64,000 nucleotides of DNA from Candidatus Heimdallarchaeum aukensis (GCA_021513695.1 CP084166.1:672001-736000); one strand, 5' to 3'; positions 50,563-60,510 are shown, counted from the stretch's first letter. The notes: generated by a model from the sequence alone, not told the origin. Made by a program: numbers and translations.

Positions 50563-51477
50563 TCAAAAAGTATTTTTATTAGATATTTTTAATTTTTCTA
50601 GAATCAGTTTAGCAATGTTTTCGATTGTTTCTTGAATATCTTTAACAGATTTATCTTCTGAATCTATTTCAACAACAGTTTTTTTCTCAATCATCGCTTG
50701 AGTAAAGATGTGGTTATGCGGTATTTTCGCAATAACAGGAAAGTCTTTTTCAAATTTATCTTCAATCTCTTGAGTTATTTCCATGTTTATGTCACTTTTA
50801 TTGACTACTATAAAACCTGGAATATTGAACTGTTTTAAAAGCTCTAGAACTCTTTCTAAATCGTGTTTTCCAGAAATGGTTGGTTCACTAACAACTATAG
50901 CCAGATGGCTTCCAGATAAAGAACTTATAACCGGACAGCCAATACCTGGAGAGCCATCAATTAAAACCAATGATTTATTCTTTTCTTTTGCAACCTGTAA
51001 GGCTTTCTTTCTTACTTCTGCAACCAACAATCCGCTACTTTCTTCTCCAGGAACAAGTCTTGCATGAATCATTTTTCCAATTCTTGTATCAGAAACAAAA
51101 TAATTACCACTAACTCTTTCAATCATAGTTATTGCATCAACAGGACATACATGTTTGCATAATCCGCATCCTTCACAACGTACTATTTCAATATTTAATT
51201 CTTGATCTATTGCTCCATAACGACATGATTCATAACATTTCATACATTTTGTACATTTATCAAAATCTATTACGGCCTTTTTTGTTCCATAATAATCTGT
51301 TTTTTCTGATTTCTCAGGAGAGAATATAAGATACAAGTCAGCAGCGTCTACATCAGCATCTGCAAGAATAGAATAATTTTGAAGTAAGTAGGCTAAAGAA
51401 GAAATTAGTGAAGTTTTTCCAGTTCCACCCTTACCACTTATTACAGTTACTTGTTTTATATCTGTATTATCACTCAT
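50563..51477 (-). CDS. MinD/ParA-superfamily P-loop ATPase with inserted 2x[4Fe-4S] ferredoxin domain
   Basis: Deviant Walker A GKGGTGKTS. Two Cx2Cx2Cx3CP motifs (CTKCMKCYESC, CEGCGLCKHVCP). Confidence 0.8.
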   Translation of the reverse strand: MSDNTDIKQVTVISGKGGTGKTSLISSLAYLLQNYSILADADVDAADLYLIFSPEKSEKTDYYGTKKAVIDFDKCTKCMKCYESCRYGAIDQELNIEIVRCEGCGLCKHVCPVDAITMIERVSGNYFVSDTRIGKMIHARLVPGEESSGLLVAEVRKKALQVAKEKNKSLVLIDGSPGIGCPVISSLSGSHLAIVVSEPTISGKHDLERVLELLKQFNIPGFIVVNKSDINMEITQEIEDKFEKDFPVIAKIPHNHIFTQAMIEKKTVVEIDSEDKSVKDIQETIENIAKLILEKLKISNKNTF

Positions 51478-52315
51478 TTTTCACTTCCTCCGTAATCTCT
51501 TCTATCATCTGTTGAAATTTCTCTTTCCATTCTGGAAAAGTAGTTAGGAAATTATTACCAACAGAATAGGATTTAGCTATCTTCAGATCAAAAGGAATAC
51601 GTAAAAGAATAGGAATATTATTTTCTTTGCAATAGTTTTCTAATTCTTCATTGCCTATTCCCTCTTTATTTATTATCACTCCAAATTTTTTGTTTAACTG
51701 ATATAAGGTTTCTACTACAACTTTCATGTCAGAAAGACCAAATGGTGTGGGTTCTGCAACGACTATTACATAGTCAACATCTATTACTGTTTCTACCATA
51801 GGACAAGCTGACCCAGGAGGAGAATCAAATATCACATAATCCTTCTTTTTATCTACTTGTTCCTTAAGAGTAGAAATTATAGGTGTTGAGAGTTCTTCTC
51901 CAACTATAAGTTCACCATAGTCAAATCTTCTATTTCCTTTTATTCCTGAAAAGATTTTACCTAAACTCCTATTTTTTTCAGTTATTGCTTCTGTAGGACA
52001 AACAACAGAGCATACTCCACATCCATGACATATTCTATCAAAAACTAATATTTGATTCGGTAAATTAGCTAAAGCATTATATTCACAATTTTTCACACAT
52101 TCACCGCATAAAATGCACTTTGAGCTATCTATAACAGGAATAGGAATTTGTGCGTCTTTTACATGCTGTGTTCTTATATCCAAAAATAGTGAACAATTGG
52201 GTTCATCTACATCTGCATCGATTAATTGTACATTATCCAAGGATAAAAACAAACTTGTGGCAATGGTTGTTTTTCCAGTTCCACCTTTACCTGACACTAC
52301 AGCTATTGAAATCAC
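51470..52315 (-). CDS. MinD/ParA-superfamily P-loop ATPase with inserted 2x[4Fe-4S] ferredoxin domain (paralogue)
   Basis: GKGGTGKTT. CILCGECVKNC and CHGCGVCSVVCP. Overlaps the downstream paralogue by 8 nt. Confidence 0.8.
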   Translation of the reverse strand: MISIAVVSGKGGTGKTTIATSLFLSLDNVQLIDADVDEPNCSLFLDIRTQHVKDAQIPIPVIDSSKCILCGECVKNCEYNALANLPNQILVFDRICHGCGVCSVVCPTEAITEKNRSLGKIFSGIKGNRRFDYGELIVGEELSTPIISTLKEQVDKKKDYVIFDSPPGSACPMVETVIDVDYVIVVAEPTPFGLSDMKVVVETLYQLNKKFGVIINKEGIGNEELENYCKENNIPILLRIPFDLKIAKSYSVGNNFLTTFPEWKEKFQQMIEEITEEVKNE

Positions 52316-52381
52316 TTTCTTTACCTTCCTACATTTGTTTCAAATTAAAAAAAATAAACAAAAACATCTTTAATTGTGTAT

Positions 52382-52756
52382 TTAATGGTCATGATCATGG
52401 TCATGTTCGTGGTGCCCACAACCATCAGTTTTTGAAGCTAGTCTCAGTTTTCCTTCTTTGAAATTGTCAATTACATTCTTTACAGTTCCTTCAGCACCGA
52501 CATATACCCCAAGATTGAGTTCTTCTGCTAGTTGAATAGCTCTTGAACCTATTCCTCCACAGAGAAGAGCATTGCTATGTTTAGCTAAAAATTCAGCAGG
52601 CATCCCTACACCGCCAAAATGATTGCTTTCATTGTTAATTATTTTAAGTTCATTTGTTTCTTCATCCCAAATTGCATATAATGGAGCTCTTCCAAAATGT
52701 GCTGATACAGGGGAATCCCACCCTTTATCGTCTTCTACAGGAATTGCATATCTCAT
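52382..52756 (-). CDS. dinitrogenase iron-molybdenum cofactor biosynthesis-family (NifX/NafY-like) protein with His-rich C-terminal tail
   Basis: Small alpha/beta NifX-like pattern (HFGRAP..., LLCGGIGSRA). Tail GCGHHEHDHDHDH. Confidence 0.7.
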   Translation of the reverse strand: MRYAIPVEDDKGWDSPVSAHFGRAPLYAIWDEETNELKIINNESNHFGGVGMPAEFLAKHSNALLCGGIGSRAIQLAEELNLGVYVGAEGTVKNVIDNFKEGKLRLASKTDGCGHHEHDHDHDH

Positions 52757-52767
52757 CTTTTTTCCTC

Positions 52768-53097
52768 CTAAACTTTTTTTAGTTCATTTTTTTCTAGTTT
52801 CTCTATCAAATTTTTCCAAGGTTCAACTTGACCTTCATAAATCGTGATATTGGAAGCTCGTAACACTTGTTCTGCATTAGGGCCTACTCTTGGAGCAATA
52901 ACTGCTTTTACCCCTTGAGAAACAAGAAATTCAGAAGCTTTAACTCCTGCTCCTCCTCTTGCCATAGCAGAGGGATTTTCATGATATTCATATTCTTTTG
53001 AATCTGAATCGTATATTAGATAATATAACGCTCTTCCAAATCTACTTGCCATTGAAGCATCTTCAGATCTTTCATCTATTGGTATTCCTATTTTCAT
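52768..53097 (-). CDS. NifX/NafY-like (dinitrogenase FeMo-cofactor family) protein
   Basis: MKIGIPIDE...SRFGRA...GVKAVIAPRVGPNA pattern. Confidence 0.7.
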   Translation of the reverse strand: MKIGIPIDERSEDASMASRFGRALYYLIYDSDSKEYEYHENPSAMARGGAGVKASEFLVSQGVKAVIAPRVGPNAEQVLRASNITIYEGQVEPWKNLIEKLEKNELKKV

Positions 53098-53402
53098 AAA
53101 ATCACTTCTTTATCTTTGTTTAATTCTGGTTCAGAGTCGAATTTTATAGCTTGATTTTCAAATAAAGCAGTAGCTATTTTTTTTCTTGCAATTCTTAAAT
53201 CTCTACTATAACTTGACTGAGATATACCCATCTTTTTTGCTGCTTCAACTTGCTTCAATCCCAAGTAATCAGCATAGTACAACACAGTTATTTCTTCTTT
53301 TGTTAGTATTTGTGTCTCCAGCTCCTTAAATGGTATAGCCACTGGCTTGAACACATGTTCGTTTACATCTATACAACAACGTTTTATCTTCCTCTGAACC
53401 AT
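53094..53402 (-). CDS. DUF134-family predicted DNA-binding protein
   Basis: VFKPVAIP...LTKEEITVLYYADYLGLKQVEAAKKMGISQSSYSRDLRIARKKIATAL matches the DUF134/UPF0251 pattern (sigma-70 region-4-like HTH). Confidence 0.6.
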   Translation of the reverse strand: MVQRKIKRCCIDVNEHVFKPVAIPFKELETQILTKEEITVLYYADYLGLKQVEAAKKMGISQSSYSRDLRIARKKIATALFENQAIKFDSEPELNKDKEVIL

Positions 53403-53535
53403 ACATCAGAAATTTTTCTAATTGATTATATAAACATTTAGTTATGAATAATTATTCACATATATGGTGATAAACACCTTTATTCTAAGAAGAAAAAGTC
53501 AAAAATTAGGGTTTAAAGCAAAATAGAAAGAAAAA

Positions 53536-53967
53536 TCAGTCAGTTATTTCTATCTCAATAAGGTTATGATTAATAATTGAATGAGCAATCCTTTTTCTAA
53601 GACCTTTAAGATAGCGCCAAACACTTGTTTGAGATATTCCTAATTTCTCGGCTATCTCTTTCTGAGTTAGCTCCTCTACATCAGCCATTTTTAAAATTTC
53701 TAATTCAAAACTGGATATAGCAAGAATATTATGAGGTTGATTTATTCTACGATTAATAGGGATAGAATAAGCTACAGGAGGACGCCCTTTCCTAAAATGT
53801 TTTCTACGTATGCCATGCGGACCATGCATTCCTCCTCTTCTCATTCCTCGCCTAGGTCCTCCGCCCATACCTCTTCTCGGAGGAAAGAGTTGATTATTAA
53901 GATTAGTTTTTTCTTCTTCTTTTCTCGTTTTTTCACCGTTTGATGGTTCGTCATTCATACTGTTCAC
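53536..53967 (-). CDS. DUF134-like HTH protein with Arg/Gly/Met-rich N-terminal low-complexity extension
   Basis: C-terminal ELEILKMADVEELTQKEIAEKLGISQTSVWRYLKGLRKRIAHSII. N-terminal PPRRGMGGGPRRGMRRGGMHGPHGIRRKHFRKGRPP. Confidence 0.5.
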   Translation of the reverse strand: MNSMNDEPSNGEKTRKEEEKTNLNNQLFPPRRGMGGGPRRGMRRGGMHGPHGIRRKHFRKGRPPVAYSIPINRRINQPHNILAISSFELEILKMADVEELTQKEIAEKLGISQTSVWRYLKGLRKRIAHSIINHNLIEIEITD

Positions 53968-54004
53968 TCTTTGAAAAAAGAAAAAAACAAATAAAAAAGT
54001 GTTT

Positions 54005-54355
54005 TTACTTATTCAATTTCTGTTTTTCTTCTTCTAGTAAAGATATTTCTTTTTGAAGATACTCTATTTGCTTTTCGATTAATGAAATCTCATAATCTAT
54101 GGCGTTTTCATTGGATGGTTTTCCATATGGATCCCATTGTGCATTTGTTGGTGGATTTTCTACTCCTTGATATTCAGGCATTGCCCACCAACCCCTTGGT
54201 CTGTCGGGGAAAAAGTCACAATTTGGACTTATCCATCTACGTCCTCCAAAACCTGCACCAAATCCTCTTCTAAATCCAAATCCTCGTCCATAACCGTATC
54301 CTCTTCCATACCCATATCCGGGGCCATATCCATATCTTCTATATCTGTATGCCAT
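54005..54355 (-). CDS. DUF5320-like low-complexity (Tyr/Gly/Arg-rich) protein with C-terminal coiled coil
   Basis: MAYRYRRYGYGPGYGYGRGYGYGRGFGFRRGFGAGFGGRRW followed by a Trp/Pro-containing linker and the heptad-rich ISLIEKQIEYLQKEISLLEEEKQKLNK. Confidence 0.5.
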   Translation of the reverse strand: MAYRYRRYGYGPGYGYGRGYGYGRGFGFRRGFGAGFGGRRWISPNCDFFPDRPRGWWAMPEYQGVENPPTNAQWDPYGKPSNENAIDYEISLIEKQIEYLQKEISLLEEEKQKLNK

Positions 54356-54514
54356 TTTTTCACCTCAAATGTTTTTGAGTTATTACTCAATATTAGTTAG
54401 ACTTTGCCGATATATAAAGTTTATGTTTTGCGTTATAATTCAAAAATTGTTTTCAGTAATTACACAACTACAAATTTAAAAAAGGTTGAATTGGAAATAA
54501 GTCGGTAGATAATA

Positions 54515-55792
54515 ATGGTAGACGTGAAACCTTTTCGAGGGATAAGATATACTGAAAAAGCAGGAGATATAGCAAATTTAATTGCACAGCCATATGATAA
54601 AATTGATGAAGAAATGCAGAAAGAATACTATGAAAAATCAGAATATAATTACTGTAGACTAACATTACCAATGGAAGAAGACAGATATAATGTTGCTAGA
54701 AAAAGATTAGAAGAATGGTTAGCTAATGAAATACTACAAAAAGATGAAGACCCAGCCTTTTATGTTTATTTCCAAGAATTCGAACTTTTCGGAAAAAAAT
54801 TTATTCGTAAAGGCTTTATTGGAGCATTAAGACTACACCCATTTGAAGAAAATATAGTTCTTCCTCATGAGAAGACTCACAAAGGACCAAAAATCGACAG
54901 ATTAAACATGCTAAAAACAACTAAACACACTTTAGAACCTGGATTCATCCTTTATTCTGATAATGATAAAGTAACGATTAGTATTTTTGAAGAGGTTGCC
55001 CAAAAAGAAAAACCAATAATTGATGTAGTCGACAGTTTAGGAGCCAGAAATAGAGTATGGAAACTTACTGATCCCGAAAAAATAAAAAGAGTTCAAGAAA
55101 TTTTCAAAGATCAACAGTTAGTAATTGCAGATGGACATCACCGGTATGAAACAGCTTGTACTTACAGAGACATGAGAAGGGAAGAAAAGAAAGATTGGGA
55201 CGAAAATGATGCTTTTAATTTTAGAATGACTTATTTAGTTCCTGTAGAAGATGAAGGTCTAGTAGTACTTGCTACACATAGATGTCTAGCAAAAGTAAAA
55301 GTTACACCAGAACAAGAAGAGATTTTTAAGAAGTACTTTGAGATAGAGGAAATATCCAAAGAAAAAATACCTGAATTTTTGGAGAAAAACCAAGACAATC
55401 ATGTCTTTGTTTATTATCAAGATGGCAAAGCTAAATCTATGATTATGAAGGATCCTACCACAATCAATGAATTTGTTAAAGATAGAAGTGAAGAATACAA
55501 GAATCTAGATGTCGTAATTCTTCGAGACATGATCTTTCAAGGAATTATGGGACTATCAGATTTAAAGATAGATGATGATATTTTCTACGAGAGATGGTGG
55601 AATGAAGCAATTCAGAAAGTTGATGAAGGAAAATATAAAGTTGTTTTCATTCTCAATCCTACTAGAGCAAAACAAGTTTTAGCTGTTGCCAAAAATCATG
55701 AAAGAATGCCTCAAAAATCTACAGACTTCTATCCAAAAATGATTAGTGGTCTTACAATGATGAGTTTAGAAGATGGAGAAAAATTGAACTAA
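54515..55792 (+). CDS. DUF1015-like protein (full-length copy)
   Basis: N-terminal VKPFRGIRY...AQPYDKIDEE pattern and about 425 aa. Weak family recognition. Confidence 0.45.
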   Translation: MVDVKPFRGIRYTEKAGDIANLIAQPYDKIDEEMQKEYYEKSEYNYCRLTLPMEEDRYNVARKRLEEWLANEILQKDEDPAFYVYFQEFELFGKKFIRKGFIGALRLHPFEENIVLPHEKTHKGPKIDRLNMLKTTKHTLEPGFILYSDNDKVTISIFEEVAQKEKPIIDVVDSLGARNRVWKLTDPEKIKRVQEIFKDQQLVIADGHHRYETACTYRDMRREEKKDWDENDAFNFRMTYLVPVEDEGLVVLATHRCLAKVKVTPEQEEIFKKYFEIEEISKEKIPEFLEKNQDNHVFVYYQDGKAKSMIMKDPTTINEFVKDRSEEYKNLDVVILRDMIFQGIMGLSDLKIDDDIFYERWWNEAIQKVDEGKYKVVFILNPTRAKQVLAVAKNHERMPQKSTDFYPKMISGLTMMSLEDGEKLN

Positions 55793-57260
55793 AGTTTTCT
55801 AAACTCTTTTTTCTTCATATTTTTAATCTACTTTAATTGCATATCTTTTTTCTGCTTCTTTAGAATATAAAGCCAAGAGTTTATCGAAATTCTCTTTTTC
55901 TAGATAACCATGTGCTGTCATCATTTCAGTGAATCTTTTCGGGAATTTTTGATAAGCTTCTTTAAGACTAAAGCCTTCTGCATATTTGAACTGTAATCTT
56001 TTTCTCTGTATTTCTTTTCCTATTTTTAGTAGTCTTCATCAGTTCTGTTGATTTTTAAGCTCTCTAAAGCTTGAATTGTTGTATTCATATCGTATACTCC
56101 TCTAGCAAAAAGGCAAATAACCATGCTGTTTAGAACGTTTCTCCACTCTTCTTCATTCATTAGAGAATTCATTCCTTGTTCAAAAGTTATTGGTTTATTC
56201 AGTACTTTTTGGTCCAGTGAATAACCAGCGTTGTCTAGATGACTGTGTCTTCCACCAACGAGAAAACCCATAATAGCATAATATCCAGTTCTATAACCTG
56301 CAGGTTCTAGTTTTGCTACTCTTATACCGAAATCATTTCCGCCATATTTCTCTACAAGAGCTTCTACTCCCTTTGAAGCTGTATAATAAAGTTCGCTTTC
56401 TTCTGTAGCTTTAGATATTTTTCCGATGATAGATAAGAAATCATCCACCCTACCAAATCTAATTAATTCTCCTTCTGTGTCTTTAGGACTAATTAAGTTT
56501 CTTTCATATGCTTCAGCTAACCAAGCCAGAACAACTCCTGTAGATATAGCGTCCATTCCTTCTTTCTCAATAGCTTCAATTAGTTTTAAGATATCTTTGG
56601 CATTACCTATCTTAAGATTTGAACCAAGAGCATAGATGAGTTCGTAATCGTAAGATACAGCAATAGAGTGAATGTCAGCTACAGTTCCTTTTTCCCATCT
56701 TTCTCTTAAGATTGCTAAATGAATACAACCGATTGGACAACCTCCGCAAGCTACTCTTTTGCCTAACAATTCTGAAGCGAAATATTCACCAGAGATATTT
56801 TCAGCTTCTTCAAAGTAGCTTTCTGCAAAGTTCTTAGTAGGTAAGGATTTTAACGCATTTAGAGGTAATATTCCCGCAGCTGTCCCAAGAACATGATATT
56901 TGGCCATTAAATTTGTTTCAGTAGTTTTCTTGTATATTTCTCTAAACACTCTTCTATATTGTTTATAATTAGTATTTGACTCCAAAGAAATGGGTTGATC
57001 TCCGATAATTGCGAAACCTTTAACATTCTTGCTTCCTAAAACTGCGCCTAGACCTGTTCTACCGAAATGCCTTGTTCTGTCTACAGTTGCACAAGCATAA
57101 GGAATTAATCTTTCTCCTGCTGGTCCAATTGTTACCACAGAACGATTACCAGGATGACCTATCTTTTCTCTTATAATTCTACCAGTTGTATTGGGAGACA
57201 TATACATTAGAGGTTTAGCATTAACAAATTGAACTCCATCTTCATAAGAAACAAAGTAGA
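54801..57260. repeat. tandem direct repeat, copy 1 (approx 2.46 kb)
   Basis: Sequence from 54801 is repeated from 57261 with a 2460/2461-nt offset. Verified at multiple points; differences listed in findings. Confidence 0.9.
55823..57260 (-). pseudogene. aldehyde:ferredoxin oxidoreductase, 5'-truncated and frameshifted duplicate copy
   Basis: Identical to the C-terminal approx 480 codons of the AOR gene at 58283-60085, except for a 1-nt deletion near 56034 (agtcttc versus agttcttc) that terminates the frame (…INRTDEDY*). The N-terminus is cut by the duplication junction at 57260. Confidence 0.6.
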
Positions 57261-58252
57261 TTATTCGTAAAGGCTTTATTGGAGCATTAAGACTACACCC
57301 ATTTGAAGAAAATATAGTTCTTCCTCATGAGAAGACTCACAAAGGACCAAAAATCGACAGATTAAACATGCTAAAAACAACTAAACACACTTTAGAACCT
57401 GGATTCATCCTTTATTCTGATAATGATAAAGTAACGATTAGTATTTTTGAAGAGGTTGCCCAAAAAGAAAAACCAATAATTGATGTAGTCGACAGTTTAG
57501 GAGCCAGAAATAGAGTATGGAAACTTACTCCTCCCGAAAAAATAAAAAGAGTTCAAGAAATTTTCAAAGATCAACAGTTAGTAATTGCAGATGGACATCA
57601 CCGGTATGAAACAGCTTGTACTTACAGAGACATGAGAAGGGAAGAAAAGAAAGATTGGGACGAAAATGATGCTTTTAATTTTAGAATGACTTATTTAGTT
57701 CCTGTAGAAGATGAAGGTCTAGTAGTACTTGCTACACATAGATGTCTAGCAAAAGTAAAAGTTACACCAGAACAAGAAGAGATTTTTAAGAAGTACTTTG
57801 AGATAGAGGAAATATCCAAAGAAAAAATACCTGAATTTTTGGAGAAAAACCAAGACAATCATGTCTTTGTTTATTATCAAGATGGCAAAGCTAAATCTAT
57901 GATTATGAAGGATCCTACCACAATCAATGAATTTGTTAAAGATAGAAGTGAAGAATACAAGAATCTAGATGTCGTAATTCTTCGAGACATGATCTTTCAA
58001 GGAATTATGGGACTATCAGATTTAAAGATAGATGATGATATTTTCTACGAGAGATGGTGGAATGAAGCAATTCAGAAAGTTGATGAAGGAAAATATAAAG
58101 TTGTTTTCATTCTCAATCCTACTAGAGCAAAACAAGTTTTAGCTGTTGCCAAAAATCATGAAAGAATGCCTCAAAAATCTACAGACTTCTATCCAAAAAT
58201 GATTAGTGGTCTTACAATGATGAGTTTAGAAGATGGAGAAAAATTGAACTAA
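57261..58252 (+). pseudogene. DUF1015-like protein, N-terminally truncated duplicate copy
   Basis: Identical to codons approx 96-425 of the gene at 54515-55792, except GA to CC at 57530-57531 (Asp to Pro). The first in-frame Met is at 57368. Confidence 0.55.
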
Positions 58253-59723
58253 AGTTTTCTAAACTCTTTTTTCTTCATATTTTTAATCTACTTTAATTGC
58301 ATATCTTTTTTCTGCTTCTTTAGAATATAAAGCCAAGAGTTTATCGAAATTCTCTTTTTCTAGATAACCATGTGCTGTCATCATTTCAGTGAATCTTTTC
58401 GGGAATTTTTGATAAGCTTCTTTAAGACTAAAGCCTTCTGCATATTTGAACTGTAATCTTTTTCTCTGTATTTCTTTTCCTATTTTTAGTAGTTCTTCAT
58501 CAGTTCTGTTGATTTTTAAGCTCTCTAAAGCTTGAATTGTTGTATTCATATCGTATACTCCTCTAGCAAAAAGGCAAATAACCATGCTGTTTAGAACGTT
58601 TCTCCACTCTTCTTCATTCATTAGAGAATTCATTCCTTGTTCAAAAGTTATTGGTTTATTCAGTACTTTTTGGTCCAGTGAATAACCAGCGTTGTCTAGA
58701 TGACTGTGTCTTCCACCAACGAGAAAACCCATAATAGCATAATATCCAGTTCTATAACCTGCAGGTTCTAGTTTTGCTACTCTTATACCGAAATCATTTC
58801 CGCCATATTTCTCTACAAGAGCTTCTACTCCCTTTGAAGCTGTATAATAAAGTTCGCTTTCTTCTGTAGCTTTAGATATTTTTCCGATGATAGATAAGAA
58901 ATCATCCACCCTACCAAATCTAATTAATTCTCCTTCTGTGTCTTTAGGACTAATTAAGTTTCTTTCATATGCTTCAGCTAACCAAGCCAGAACAACTCCT
59001 GTAGATATAGCGTCCATTCCTTCTTTCTCAATAGCTTCAATTAGTTTTAAGATATCTTTGGCATTACCTATCTTAAGATTTGAACCAAGAGCATAGATGA
59101 GTTCGTAATCGTAAGATACAGCAATAGAGTGAATGTCAGCTACAGTTCCTTTTTCCCATCTTTCTCTTAAGATTGCTAAATGAATACAACCGATTGGACA
59201 ACCTCCGCAAGCTACTCTTTTGCCTAACAATTCTGAAGCGAAATATTCACCAGAGATATTTTCAGCTTCTTCAAAGTAGCTTTCTGCAAAGTTCTTAGTA
59301 GGTAAGGATTTTAACGCATTTAGAGGTAATATTCCCGCAGCTGTCCCAAGAACATGATATTTGGCCATTAAATTTGTTTCAGTAGTTTTCTTGTATATTT
59401 CTCTAAACACTCTTCTATATTGTTTATAATTAGTATTTGACTCCAAAGAAATGGGTTGATCTCCGATAATTGCGAAACCTTTAACATTCTTGCTTCCTAA
59501 AACTGCGCCTAGACCTGTTCTACCGAAATGCCTTGTTCTGTCTACAGTTGCACAAGCATAAGGAATTAATCTTTCTCCTGCTGGTCCAATTGTTACCACA
59601 GAACGATTACCAGGATGACCTATCTTTTCTCTTATAATTCTACCAGTTGTATTGGGAGACATATACATTAGAGGTTTAGCATTAACAAATTGAACTCCAT
59701 CTTCATAAGAAACAAAGTAGATT
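57261..59723. repeat. tandem direct repeat, copy 2
   Basis: See copy 1. The distal junction at 59720-59723 reads gtagatt|ggttctgg, where the unique AOR 5' sequence resumes. Confidence 0.9.
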
Positions 59724-60085
59724 GGTTCTGGAGATTTACCCTTTAAAATTATAACTCCTAAGTTATTAAAACGCATTGCTGTTGATAACCTTCCTCCAGC
59801 ATAAGATTCACCTAAATTGCCAGTTAATGGACTCTTAAAAACTGCACAAGTTTTGGAAGCAACGGGAAAATATGTATTTAGAGGTCCAATAGCAAAAATT
59901 ACAACATTTTCTGGAGAAAGAGGATCTACTCCTGTTTGAAGATGTTGATTGAGTAATTCAATACCTACACCTATTCCTCCCATATACTTATCAAAAAGAT
60001 TCTCTGATTCATAAATCTCGAATGAGAGATCACTTAAATTAATTTCTAAAATATTTGGATATAACACTTTCAACTCACCTACCAT
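58283..60085 (-). CDS. aor: tungsten-type aldehyde:ferredoxin oxidoreductase (AOR family), full-length
   Basis: About 600 aa. N-terminal MVGELKVLYPNILEINLSD...GGIGVG, GLGAVLGSKNVKG, and C-terminal AFOR_C-like helical domain. The likely start is the internal Met of the ORF-track protein (60085), giving a 7-nt overlap with the ferredoxin gene. Confidence 0.85.
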   Translation of the reverse strand: MVGELKVLYPNILEINLSDLSFEIYESENLFDKYMGGIGVGIELLNQHLQTGVDPLSPENVVIFAIGPLNTYFPVASKTCAVFKSPLTGNLGESYAGGRLSTAMRFNNLGVIILKGKSPEPIYFVSYEDGVQFVNAKPLMYMSPNTTGRIIREKIGHPGNRSVVTIGPAGERLIPYACATVDRTRHFGRTGLGAVLGSKNVKGFAIIGDQPISLESNTNYKQYRRVFREIYKKTTETNLMAKYHVLGTAAGILPLNALKSLPTKNFAESYFEEAENISGEYFASELLGKRVACGGCPIGCIHLAILRERWEKGTVADIHSIAVSYDYELIYALGSNLKIGNAKDILKLIEAIEKEGMDAISTGVVLAWLAEAYERNLISPKDTEGELIRFGRVDDFLSIIGKISKATEESELYYTASKGVEALVEKYGGNDFGIRVAKLEPAGYRTGYYAIMGFLVGGRHSHLDNAGYSLDQKVLNKPITFEQGMNSLMNEEEWRNVLNSMVICLFARGVYDMNTTIQALESLKINRTDEELLKIGKEIQRKRLQFKYAEGFSLKEAYQKFPKRFTEMMTAHGYLEKENFDKLLALYSKEAEKRYAIKVD

Positions 60086-60510
60086 TCTCCTGTAGCTTCT
60101 TCCATTACTAAAACACCAGTAGAGCAATATTGAACGCAAGCTCCACACTGACGACATACTATTGCTTTATTGATATCAACATCAATATGTATTGCACCAG
60201 GGATAGGACATGCTTCTATGCATTCTTGATTACACTTACTTGCATCACAAATTTCTCTGTCGACAATAACCCCTCCACCCTGTCTTGGTTTAATCGCTCC
60301 AGGAATAGGACAAGCAGGAGCACAAGGAGGAGATCTACAACCTCTACAGACTACGACAACATAATTGCGTTCTATTCCCCCACTTGCTTTAACTGTAATT
60401 GAACTACGATAATTAGACAATAATTTTTCATTTGTCCTAGAACAAGCATAAACACATTCTAAACAACCAATACATCTATCTAGATTTTTGACTCTTAATC
60501 TTTTGCCCAT
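60079..60510 (-). CDS. multi-cluster 4Fe-4S ferredoxin (AOR-associated electron-transfer subunit)
   Basis: Four Cys clusters: CIGCLECVYAC, CRGCRSPPCAPACP, CNQECIEACP, CRQCGACVQYC. Confidence 0.7.
   Translation of the reverse strand: MGKRLRVKNLDRCIGCLECVYACSRTNEKLLSNYRSSITVKASGGIERNYVVVVCRGCRSPPCAPACPIPGAIKPRQGGGVIVDREICDASKCNQECIEACPIPGAIHIDVDINKAIVCRQCGACVQYCSTGVLVMEEATGEW

Noticed and set aside
56026-57207. 393-aa ORF called in the first repeat copy as an independent AOR-like gene
   Set aside because: It is an internal segment of the AOR duplicate. The N-terminus is cut by the duplication junction and the C-terminus is frameshifted relative to the full gene at 58283-60085.
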